Assembly (NCBI GenBank): GCA_000402655.1
Contig: AQSI01000001.1
Location: forward strand, 46,760-110,759
Direction: 5' to 3'
Length of the DNA stretch: 64,000 nt
Source of the DNA: Fidelibacterota bacterium SCGC AAA298-D23
GTDB taxonomy: Bacteria; Fidelibacterota; Marinisomatia; Marinisomatales; Marinisomataceae
The notes under the pieces were generated by a model. That model did no database searches. It was not told where the DNA came from and saw only the letters and a list, made by a program, of their open reading frames with translations. The position numbers were made by a program, and so were the translations under genes. Shown here piece after piece: positions 56,030-64,000 of the stretch. Within the stretch, counting starts at the first letter, position 1, and the number at the start of each line of letters is the position of its first letter.

Positions 56030-58462
56030 ATGTCAAAAAATGAAAAACTATTAATTATTGTAGAGTCTCCATCAAAGACCAAAACAATATCAAAATATGT
56101 AGATAATGCATCAGTTATTGCTAGCGTAGGTCATTTCAAAGATCTTCCAAAAAAAGATATGGGAATAGATATTGATAACGATTTTGCTATGCAAATAGAA
56201 AGTATGCCTGATAAGAAAAAGTTTCTATCTCAATTAAAAAAAGAGGTGAAAATCGCTGATCGCATATTAATTGCCACTGACCCAGACCGTGAAGGTGAAG
56301 CAATTGCAGCAGATATTGCATCTGAAATCAAAGGAGATATTGAAAGAGTTGAATTCACTGAAATAACAAAGCAAGCTGTTTTAGAAGCAGTTAATAATTC
56401 TCGAAAAATAAATTATGATTTGGTAGATGCTCAACGTGCCAGAAGAGCTATTGACCGCATTGTTGGTTTTTCATTTTCTCCAGTACTTTGGAAAACATTA
56501 CGATCTTTAAAAAATAAAGGCCTATCAGCTGGTCGTGTACAATCAGTTGCTCTAAAACTATTGGTTGATCGTGAAAAGCTTAGAAATAAGTTTATTGAAA
56601 ATAAATTTTATGCTATTGATGCAAATATTTCGGAAGAGAGAAGCGGTGAAATTTTTAAAGCATCATTAGTCTCATATAACGGAAAACCCGTTGCTAAAAG
56701 CGATGATTTTGGAAAATTTGATGTTGGTTTAAAAGATGATAATATTATTCAAGTAGATCAAAAATTAGCAGAACAAATAAAAGAAGAATGCAATGCTAAT
56801 GATTGGTTAGTTAATAATATTGAAAGTAAACCAACTTCCAGCTCTCCAGCGCCACCGTTCACCACAAGCACACTACAACAAGATGCTTCAAGAAGATTTG
56901 GATTTTCTCCAAAAAGAACAATGGTAGTTGCACAAAAACTTTATGAACAAGGGTTTATTACATACATGAGAACTGATTCTACCCATCTTTCATCTGAAGC
57001 ATTAAATGCTTCCAAGAAATTTATAGAAAGCAGTTTTGGGAATGATTTTTTATCTGAAAAAACGAATATCTATAAAAATAAAGTTGCCAATGCTCAAGAA
57101 GCTCATGAAGCTATTCGTCCAGCAGGTACAGCATTTAGTAAAGTTGAAAATGTCCAAAAAATTGGTGCTGATGAAGCAAAACTATACGAATTAATTTTGA
57201 ATAGAACAGTTGCCTCTCAAATGAAGCCCGCACAATATATTCGAACAAACGTTGAAATTCATAATGGAACATCTATCTTTAAAGCTAGTGGAAATGTTAC
57301 AGTATTTAAAGGTTACACTTTAGCATATGAACAAGCCTTGACAAGAAAAGATAAAGGCAGACCTGATAGCCTACCAGCTTTGGATAAACAATCCAAAATT
57401 CAAAGCAAGGAAGTATTGCTTGAAGAAAAAACCACATCTCCTCCTAGAAGATTTTCAGAAGCTATGTTAGTTAAAGAAATGGAAACAAGAGGAATTGGAA
57501 GACCTTCTACTTACTCTGCAATTATAGAAAAATTGTCGCAAAAAGAATATGTTGTGAAAAAAAATAAAACTTTAATACCAACTTTTGTTGGAATAGCGGT
57601 ATCACAATTATTAGAAAACCATTATAATGCATTATTCAATGAGAGATTTACAGCTGATATGGAAAATCGTTTGGATGCTATATCCAGATCTGAAAATTCA
57701 TACTTAGAAGTATTAAAAGAATTTTACTATGGTAATAATGACTACAAAGGAGTAGCAAAATTATTAGATGAAGAAGTTGACATTGCAAAGGCATGTACAG
57801 TTAATGTAGAAAAAGATTTAGATATTAGAATCGGTAAGTTTGGTCCATATGTTCAAAAAGATGGTAATAACACAACTATTCCTGAAGATTTATTTTTTGG
57901 AGAGCTAAACAAGAAGAAATTAGACGATCTTGACAGTATGCAGAAAGAGGATAATGTTATTGGAGTTCATACTAATGGAGAAAATATTTTATTAAAAATT
58001 GGTAGATACGGACCATATGTCGAGCTTGAAAAAAGTAAAAAAAGAAAGTCTGTTTTAAAAAGTATTGGTGTAGAAAATCTCACACAAGACATAGCTATCG
58101 AACTATTAAGTCTTCCAAAAAAATTAGGTGCTCATCCTGATACAGATGAAGATGTTTTAGCTGATTTTGGGCCATACGGTCCTTACGTTAAGTGTGGTAA
58201 AATAAATGCATCAATGAAATCAGATGAGAGCCCATTAACAATAACATTGGAAAATGCTGTAAAGTTAATTAAAGATAGAAAGCTAAAATTTGAGCCAAAA
58301 GTTCTTGGTGAACACCCCAAGACTAAAAATGAGGTATCAATCAAAAGAGGACGATTTGGACCATACGTTACCGACGGAAAGAAAAATGCGTCTTTAAAAG
58401 GATATGTAGTTGATGAAGTCACTTTAGATCAAGCAGTACAATTAATTGACGAAAAATCATGA
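56030..58462 (+). CDS. topA: DNA topoisomerase I
   Basis: Start is ATG 56030 (MSKNEKLLIIVESPSKTKTI); the track TTG at 56009 is unlikely. Toprim ATDPDREGEAI and the active-site Tyr region ITYMRTDS are present. The C-terminus has four Cys-free repeats: GKFGPYV, GRYGPYV, FGPYGPYV, GRFGPYV. Confidence 0.95.
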   Translation: MSKNEKLLIIVESPSKTKTISKYVDNASVIASVGHFKDLPKKDMGIDIDNDFAMQIESMPDKKKFLSQLKKEVKIADRILIATDPDREGEAIAADIASEIKGDIERVEFTEITKQAVLEAVNNSRKINYDLVDAQRARRAIDRIVGFSFSPVLWKTLRSLKNKGLSAGRVQSVALKLLVDREKLRNKFIENKFYAIDANISEERSGEIFKASLVSYNGKPVAKSDDFGKFDVGLKDDNIIQVDQKLAEQIKEECNANDWLVNNIESKPTSSSPAPPFTTSTLQQDASRRFGFSPKRTMVVAQKLYEQGFITYMRTDSTHLSSEALNASKKFIESSFGNDFLSEKTNIYKNKVANAQEAHEAIRPAGTAFSKVENVQKIGADEAKLYELILNRTVASQMKPAQYIRTNVEIHNGTSIFKASGNVTVFKGYTLAYEQALTRKDKGRPDSLPALDKQSKIQSKEVLLEEKTTSPPRRFSEAMLVKEMETRGIGRPSTYSAIIEKLSQKEYVVKKNKTLIPTFVGIAVSQLLENHYNALFNERFTADMENRLDAISRSENSYLEVLKEFYYGNNDYKGVAKLLDEEVDIAKACTVNVEKDLDIRIGKFGPYVQKDGNNTTIPEDLFFGELNKKKLDDLDSMQKEDNVIGVHTNGENILLKIGRYGPYVELEKSKKRKSVLKSIGVENLTQDIAIELLSLPKKLGAHPDTDEDVLADFGPYGPYVKCGKINASMKSDESPLTITLENAVKLIKDRKLKFEPKVLGEHPKTKNEVSIKRGRFGPYVTDGKKNASLKGYVVDEVTLDQAVQLIDEKS

Positions 58463-58812
58463 CGAAAAATTTATATTTATTTTTTTTTAGTACAATTTTA
58501 TTACTTGGATTTCAATCTTCTATTGAAGAACGCTTATATACACTTAATAGAGATCTTATGTGTCCAGTCTGTGATGGGCTAACCTTAGAGCAATCTCAAG
58601 CTACACCTGCCCTCGAAATGAAAGACGAAATTAAAAAAATGGTGATTCAAGGAATGTCTGATGAAGAAATTAAAGAACATTTTGTTCAAAAATACGGTAT
58701 TGAAATTCTTGCTAACCCTCCAAAAAAAGGCTTTGATACTCTAGTTTGGCTCGCACCTCTATTTTTTGGTTTTTTTGGAATAGTTTTTCTGTACAGATAT
58801 ATTTTTTCTTAA
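58459..58812 (+). CDS. ccmH: CcmH/NrfF-like cytochrome c maturation thiol-oxidoreductase
   Basis: 117 aa with an N-terminal signal/anchor. The LMCPVCDGLTLEQS motif matches the family pattern LRCxxCxxxxxxxS. A C-terminal TM helix follows. ATGA overlap with the topA stop. Confidence 0.7.
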   Translation: MTKNLYLFFFSTILLLGFQSSIEERLYTLNRDLMCPVCDGLTLEQSQATPALEMKDEIKKMVIQGMSDEEIKEHFVQKYGIEILANPPKKGFDTLVWLAPLFFGFFGIVFLYRYIFS

Positions 58813-58824
58813 ACTCTATACAAA

Positions 58825-60261
58825 ATGATTACAAAACATTTAGATAAAATTGTTTCTCTTTGTAAACGTAAAGGCTTTGTATTTCCAAACTCTGAAATTT
58901 ATGGAGGATTAAAAGCGTCTTATGACTATGGGCCTCTTGGTGTAGAATTAAAAAAAGCTATATCAGAAAAATGGTGGAAAGCAATGACGAACAATTCAAA
59001 CATTGTTGGGCTCGATAGTTCTATCATGGTTCACCCAGATGTATGGGAAGCAAGTGGACATATTGCCAACTTTAATGATCCTATGACGGATAATAAGGAT
59101 AGTAAAAAACGTTATAGAATTGACGATCTTTTGTCCCAGCAAAAAAGTAAAGTTATTGATGCCTTATGTGAAATGCTGTCTATTGAAAATAAAAATGATA
59201 GTGATACTCTTGATAAAATCAGTCACACTTTACTTCAAGAATCAGATAAATATAGTAATGCTTTAGAATCAGCAGAAGTTATTGATCCATTTTCAGGAAA
59301 TATTGGAAAATGGACCCAAGCTACTCAGTTTAACCTAATGTTTCAGACAAATTCAGGTCCATCAGAAAAATCTGGTAAAAGTATTTATTTACGTCCTGAA
59401 ACAGCTCAAGGGATTTATATTAATTATTTATTAGTTCAAAATTCTATGAGATTAAAAGTTCCATTCGGTATCGCTCAAATTGGAAAAGCCTTTAGAAATG
59501 AAATTATTGCAAGAAATTTTATTTTTAGAACAAGAGAATTTGAACAAATGGAAATGCAATATTTTGTTCATCCATCTGAAGATGAATCATCTATGGAACT
59601 TTGGAAAAATAAAAGAATTAGCTTTTATTCTGAAGAATTAGGAATTAGCAAAGATAATTTAAAATTTCATCAACATTCCGAAGATACCCTTGCTCATTAT
59701 GCAAAAGATGCTTTTGACATTGAATATAATTTTCCATTTGGTTGGGGTGAAGTTGAAGGTATTCATAATAGAACTGATTTTGATTTAAAAGAGCATGAAA
59801 AATTATCTGGGAAAAATATGATGTATTTTGATGCTCTTAAAAATGAAAAGTATCATCCTTTTATCATTGAAACATCTACTGGCTTAAATCGACTATTTTT
59901 AATGGTTCTTTGTGAATCTTATTATGAAGATAATGAGAATAATAGAACTGTATTAAAACTACCTTTTGATTTGGCTCCAAATAAAATTGTAATCTGTCCT
60001 CTGCTAAAAAAAGACGGTCTTCCTGAAAAAGCTAAAGAAATATTTGATTCAATAAACTCAACATATAAATGTGTGTACGATCAACAAGGCTCCATTGGAA
60101 AAAGATATTATAGACAAGATGAAGCAGGAACACCTTTTGGTATTACCATTGATCACGAAACCTTAAAAGATAACTCTATTACAATTAGAGAAAGAGATTC
60201 TATGGAACAACATAGAATACCAACTGATAACATTTTAAAGTTTATTTCAGAAAATAAATAG
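58825..60261 (+). CDS. glyQS: Glycine--tRNA ligase (homodimeric GlyQS type)
   Basis: 478 aa with LRPETAQGIY and GKAFRNEIIARNFIFRTREFEQMEMQYF motifs. Confidence 0.9.
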   Translation: MITKHLDKIVSLCKRKGFVFPNSEIYGGLKASYDYGPLGVELKKAISEKWWKAMTNNSNIVGLDSSIMVHPDVWEASGHIANFNDPMTDNKDSKKRYRIDDLLSQQKSKVIDALCEMLSIENKNDSDTLDKISHTLLQESDKYSNALESAEVIDPFSGNIGKWTQATQFNLMFQTNSGPSEKSGKSIYLRPETAQGIYINYLLVQNSMRLKVPFGIAQIGKAFRNEIIARNFIFRTREFEQMEMQYFVHPSEDESSMELWKNKRISFYSEELGISKDNLKFHQHSEDTLAHYAKDAFDIEYNFPFGWGEVEGIHNRTDFDLKEHEKLSGKNMMYFDALKNEKYHPFIIETSTGLNRLFLMVLCESYYEDNENNRTVLKLPFDLAPNKIVICPLLKKDGLPEKAKEIFDSINSTYKCVYDQQGSIGKRYYRQDEAGTPFGITIDHETLKDNSITIRERDSMEQHRIPTDNILKFISENK

Positions 60262-60276
60262 AACAGGAGAAAAAGT

Positions 60277-61005
60277 ATGCGCTCTGCTAATCCAGCATTA
60301 AATAATAACACTTTTAGAAACACAAGACGAGTTAGCGGCGAGCAAGCTATGTCAATAGATGGCACAGTAAATAAAACTGCATTAAGTCTTCTTTTGGTCA
60401 TGACATCTGCAATTTATACATGGAATAATCCTGAAGTTGGATTGGCTTTATTTTGGCCTGTTACGATATTTACTTTTGTTTTATTAATGATTACAATTTT
60501 TAATAAAAAATCTGCCCCAATTACAGTTCCATTATATTGTTTAGCTGAAGGATTGGTTCTTGGTGGAATTTCGGCCTATGCGAATGCATTGTATCCTGGG
60601 ATTGCTAATCAAGCGATAGCCTTAACGTTCGGAATTTTAGCAGCTTTATTATTTTTATACAAAAGTAGATTAATCGCTGCCACTGAAAATTTCAAATTAG
60701 GCGTGTTTTCTGCTACTTTTGGTATTCTAATTATATATGTATTGAATTTAATTCTGTCCTTGTTTGGTATCTCATTCATGGGGCCTTTATTTGGTAATGG
60801 ATTAACGGGTATTTTATTTTCGCTCTTCGTCATAGGAATAGCATCATTAAACCTTGTGCTAGATTTTGACTTTATTGAAAATGGAGCTGATCAAGGCGCC
60901 CCTAAATATATGGAATGGTATGCTGCATTTGGGCTGATGATTACACTTATTTGGCTTTATATCGAAATACTCAATCTTCTAATGAAACTTAGAAGTAGAA
61001 GGTAA
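60277..61005 (+). CDS. Bax inhibitor-1/YccA-family membrane protein
   Basis: 242 aa. MRSANPALNNNTFRN is a typical N-terminus for this family. 7 TM helices. Confidence 0.75.
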   Translation: MRSANPALNNNTFRNTRRVSGEQAMSIDGTVNKTALSLLLVMTSAIYTWNNPEVGLALFWPVTIFTFVLLMITIFNKKSAPITVPLYCLAEGLVLGGISAYANALYPGIANQAIALTFGILAALLFLYKSRLIAATENFKLGVFSATFGILIIYVLNLILSLFGISFMGPLFGNGLTGILFSLFVIGIASLNLVLDFDFIENGADQGAPKYMEWYAAFGLMITLIWLYIEILNLLMKLRSRR

Positions 61006-61027
61006 TATACCTCTCCTCTTTAAATTA

Positions 61028-61056
61028 TTGACATAAAGTACACTTTCTCCTAGATT
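61028..61056 (+). promoter_or_regulatory. Near-consensus sigma70-type promoter for the TonB-dependent receptor
   Basis: TTGACA (61028..61033), 17-nt spacer, TAGATT (61051..61056). Confidence 0.4.
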
Positions 61057-61068
61057 ATGCCAACTAAG

Positions 61069-61101
61069 GGTATATTTATACCTCTATAAGAGGTACGTAC
61101 C
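61069..61101 (+). promoter_or_regulatory. Leader with three overlapping, mutually exclusive dyads
   Basis: Three dyads: GGTATA-TT-TATACC (61069..61082), ACCTCT-ATA-AGAGGT (61080..61094) and the palindrome GGTACGTACC (61092..61101). Each shares bases with its neighbour. They sit directly before the SD AAGGA (61102..61106). Confidence 0.3.
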
Positions 61102-61115
61102 AAGGATTTATTAAT

Positions 61116-63953
61116 ATGTACATAAACAAAGGAAAAACAATGAGAAAGCTATATAACATGATAGCACTAGTTTTATTTTCTAGTTTAATATTTGCCGTAG
61201 ATGGCCATCATTCAGTTTCAGGTACCGTTACTGATGCAGATGGTAATGCACTATTTGGAGCAAATGTTACTGTAGAAGGTACTTCATCTGGTGCTGCAAC
61301 AGGAGCTGATGGATCATATTCAGTCGACGGTGTTGCGAGCGGTACTTATACAGTTACTGCTTCATACATTGGATATGAATCTGCTAGTGTTTCTGTAAGT
61401 GTAGATGGTGCTGCTACTGCTAATTTTTCATTAGCATCAAGTGCAGTTGCTGGTAATGCAGTATCTGTTCTTGGTTCACGTTTTGCAAGAAACGTTGATG
61501 AACAAGCAGTTCCAGTAGAAGTCATTACTGAGCTTGAAATTCGTGCAGCCGGTTTTACTGAAACCAATGAATTGCTGCAATCTCTAGTTCCATCTTATAA
61601 TGCTCCTAGAGGGTATATTACTGATGGTTCCGATCATATGAGACCTGCAACTTTACGTGGTATGGCTCCTAATCAGACTCTTGTACTTGTAAATGGTAAA
61701 AGACGTCATCAGGGTGCTTTAGTTCACGTAAATGGTTCTGTTGGTAGAGGTTCAACTCAAGTTGACTTAAATGCAATCCCAGCTAGCGCTATCGCAAAAA
61801 TTGAAGTGCTACGTGATGGTGCTGCCGCTCAATACGGTTCAGATGCTGTTGCAGGGGTTATCAACATTATTTTAAAAGAATCTGGCGGTGCTGACTTAAG
61901 TGTAACTTATGGTCAGAATCTTTCATTATTTGAAAGAGGCTATGCTGCAGGAGAAGGTCTTATTGATGGCCAAGATGCTTCAACGTATGCTTGGGATCTT
62001 GATGAGGAAGTTGAAGGTACTGGATACCTTCCTTACTCTGCAGACAGAGGCTTTGCCCGTTCAGGTCTTGAAACAGTTCTTAAAGAAGATGGAAGAAACC
62101 TAATTATTCATGCTGGAAACGGCTTGGATCTTTTTGGTGGAAGCCTATATGTTAGCGGTCAAATCCGAGATGGTGGTCGCACCAATCGTGCTGGATTAGA
62201 CCCAAGAAGACAGTACTTTGCGGGAATGGATGATAAAGAATATGCATTCAATAGAGAAAATCATCGTATAGGTGCTGGTGAATTTGAACAAGTAAGTCTT
62301 ATGTTTAACGGAAGCTTCCCAATGGAAACTGGAGGAACATTCTATGCTTTTGGTGGAATGAACTCTCGTGATGGTGAAAGTGGATGTTATTATAGAAGAG
62401 CTCAAGATAACCGTACATTACGTGCATGGTATCCTGATGGGTTCTTACCATTAATTAGTCCAACACTTACTGATACTTCTCTTGCTTTAGGTATGAAAGG
62501 TATCATGGATGGAGCAGTATTTAATGGATATGCTTACGACTTTAGTGTAACAACTGGTAGTAATGAATTTGCATGGGGAATGCAAAACAGTCATAATGCT
62601 ACTGCAGGTACAGGTCCAAATCAGCAAGCTGAATTTGATCTAGGTACTTTAGGTTACAGTCAAACAACTGTAAACTTTGACCTTGCAACTCAAATTGAAG
62701 TTGATGGTTTTGCTGGACCAGTTGACCTTGCTATGGGTGCAGAAATGCGTATGGAAAACTATACTATTGAAGCTGGTGAAGAAGCAGGATATGCTGACTT
62801 TGGCTACGATGTATTGGACGGACCAAACGCTGGTGCATCAGCTGCAGTTGGTTGTCAATGTTTGCCTGGATTAGCACCAGCAAATGAACAAGATCGTGAC
62901 AGAGATGCTTTCAGTCTTTATGCTGAAATGGGTGGTAATGTCACAGAAGACTTGTTGCTTGATGTTGCATTAAGAACAGAAAATTATAGTGACTTTGGTT
63001 CAACAACCAATGGTAAAGTTGCAATGAGATATCAAATCGATGAAGGTGTTGCTGCAAGAGGTTCTTTCAGTACAGGCTTTAGAGCACCAGCTCTACAAGA
63101 AGCTTATTTTTCATCAATTGCGACAAACTTTATTGATGGTGTGCCTCTTGAAGTTGGTACATTCCCTGTTGATACTGAAGCTGCAAGAGCTCTTGGAGCT
63201 CAAGACCTTGAACCAGAAACATCTGAAAATCTATCTTTAGGTATGACTTACAAAGATGATAAATTCTCACTATCTGTAGATGCTTACATGATCACAGTTG
63301 AAGATCGTATTAGCATGAGTGAGACATTTAGAGGTTCAGGTACAAGTTCTAATATGGTTGATTTCTTTGCTGAAAGAGGTGTACCAGCTGCGGCAGGTAG
63401 ATACTTCTTTAACGGTATTGATACAGAGACCAATGGTTTAGACATTGTTGCAACTATGAGAGAAGACGTTGCAAATGGTTCATTATTGCTTAAAGCAGCA
63501 ATGAACTTTAACGATACCGAAGTTACAAATAAGGGAGAACTTGAAACTCCTGCTGAATTAGCTGCTTATACTTCAAGTGTATTGCTTGGACGTACTAATA
63601 CAGTAAGATATGAAAGTTCATCTCCAAGAGAAAACTTCCAATTCTCAGCAACTTTACAAAAACCATCATCTACTTGGATGGTGAAATTAAATCGTTGGGG
63701 TGAAGTAACTATTCCAGCAAGTACAGTTGAAAGAGAGCAGGTATTGAGTTCAAAAACTACAGTTGATATGGAATACTCATTCCAAGTCAATAGTCAAGTA
63801 AGAATGGCAATTGGTGCTAATAACTTGTTTGATGTTTATCCTGATAAAACTATTAAAAGAAATAGTTTTAATGGAATTTTCCAGCATTCAGGATATAGTC
63901 CATTTGGATTTAACGGACGTTACATTTACACACGTCTTGATATGACTTTATAA
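61116..63953 (+). CDS. TonB-dependent outer-membrane receptor with N-terminal carboxypeptidase-regulatory-like domain
   Basis: 945 aa from ATG 61116. The alternative ATG 61140 gives MRKLYNMIALVLFSSLIFA, and both starts have an AAGGA SD. CarboxypepD_reg-like VSGTVTDADGNALFGANVTVEG...YTVTASYIGYES. Plug motif IEVLRDGAAAQYGSDAVAGVINIILK. Long beta-barrel. Confidence 0.9.
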   Translation: MYINKGKTMRKLYNMIALVLFSSLIFAVDGHHSVSGTVTDADGNALFGANVTVEGTSSGAATGADGSYSVDGVASGTYTVTASYIGYESASVSVSVDGAATANFSLASSAVAGNAVSVLGSRFARNVDEQAVPVEVITELEIRAAGFTETNELLQSLVPSYNAPRGYITDGSDHMRPATLRGMAPNQTLVLVNGKRRHQGALVHVNGSVGRGSTQVDLNAIPASAIAKIEVLRDGAAAQYGSDAVAGVINIILKESGGADLSVTYGQNLSLFERGYAAGEGLIDGQDASTYAWDLDEEVEGTGYLPYSADRGFARSGLETVLKEDGRNLIIHAGNGLDLFGGSLYVSGQIRDGGRTNRAGLDPRRQYFAGMDDKEYAFNRENHRIGAGEFEQVSLMFNGSFPMETGGTFYAFGGMNSRDGESGCYYRRAQDNRTLRAWYPDGFLPLISPTLTDTSLALGMKGIMDGAVFNGYAYDFSVTTGSNEFAWGMQNSHNATAGTGPNQQAEFDLGTLGYSQTTVNFDLATQIEVDGFAGPVDLAMGAEMRMENYTIEAGEEAGYADFGYDVLDGPNAGASAAVGCQCLPGLAPANEQDRDRDAFSLYAEMGGNVTEDLLLDVALRTENYSDFGSTTNGKVAMRYQIDEGVAARGSFSTGFRAPALQEAYFSSIATNFIDGVPLEVGTFPVDTEAARALGAQDLEPETSENLSLGMTYKDDKFSLSVDAYMITVEDRISMSETFRGSGTSSNMVDFFAERGVPAAAGRYFFNGIDTETNGLDIVATMREDVANGSLLLKAAMNFNDTEVTNKGELETPAELAAYTSSVLLGRTNTVRYESSSPRENFQFSATLQKPSSTWMVKLNRWGEVTIPASTVEREQVLSSKTTVDMEYSFQVNSQVRMAIGANNLFDVYPDKTIKRNSFNGIFQHSGYSPFGFNGRYIYTRLDMTL

Positions 63954-64000
63954 ACTGATTTTAAGTCATAAAATAAATAAAAAGCCTCTACTCTTTGTAG

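Noticed and set aside
61006-61139. Cobalamin or other known riboswitch upstream of the TonB-dependent receptor (also considered upstream of the mutase at 19717..19778)
   Set aside because: The leaders are only ~60-80 nt from the promoter candidate to the start. That is far shorter than a B12 aptamer, and no B12-box-like GCCACUG element is present.

Overview
This is an AT-rich, very gene-dense chromosomal segment. Hand counts of single 60-nt lines give about 23-33% GC in most genes. It holds about 55 protein genes and one tRNA. Most spacers are under 100 bp, and many neighbouring genes overlap by 1-8 nt at stop/start.

The content is core metabolism and envelope biogenesis:
- Envelope: a 5'-truncated LptF/G permease, PBP1A, an LptD-like outer-membrane protein, and an RND efflux triad.
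- Central metabolism: fumarase C, 2-oxoglutarate:ferredoxin oxidoreductase KorAB, malate dehydrogenase, and a nine-gene suf Fe-S operon.
- Acyl-CoA oxidation: EtfAB with a membrane HdrD/GlpC-like Fe-S oxidoreductase, a methylmalonyl-CoA mutase catalytic subunit, glutaryl-CoA dehydrogenase, and Nudix, SDR and dienoyl-CoA-reductase genes.
- Secretion: a T9SS SprA operon (rdgB, sprA, a glutaminyl-cyclase-like M28 lipoprotein, an EEP lipoprotein, a TPR protein).
- Iron: an azurin-like cupredoxin next to an FTR1 permease, and a TonB-dependent receptor.
- Housekeeping: a minimal BirA, RNase G, L21/L27, tRNA-Phe, HisRS, topoisomerase I, CcmH, GlyRS and a BI-1/YccA protein.

SprA, clear Shine-Dalgarno use and sigma70-like TTGACA promoters suggest a streamlined marine FCB-superphylum bacterium outside classical Bacteroidia, for example Marinimicrobia-like. 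That is inference only.

I found no CRISPR array, IS or transposase, integrase, prophage or recognisable defence module, and nothing I can call a clearly novel system. The best leads for a second look are:
- the sprA-QC-EEP-TPR operon, with Gln at +1 in three of five signal peptides read by eye;
- the two-gene cupredoxin-FTR1 module;
- an uncharacterised three-gene operon at 17998..19716, followed by a structured 3' element;
- a 199-aa BirA with a degenerate biotin loop;
- a TonB receptor that is a GC-rich outlier, with a near-consensus promoter and a leader of overlapping dyads;
- a 28-bp perfect AT palindrome abutting the topA promoter.
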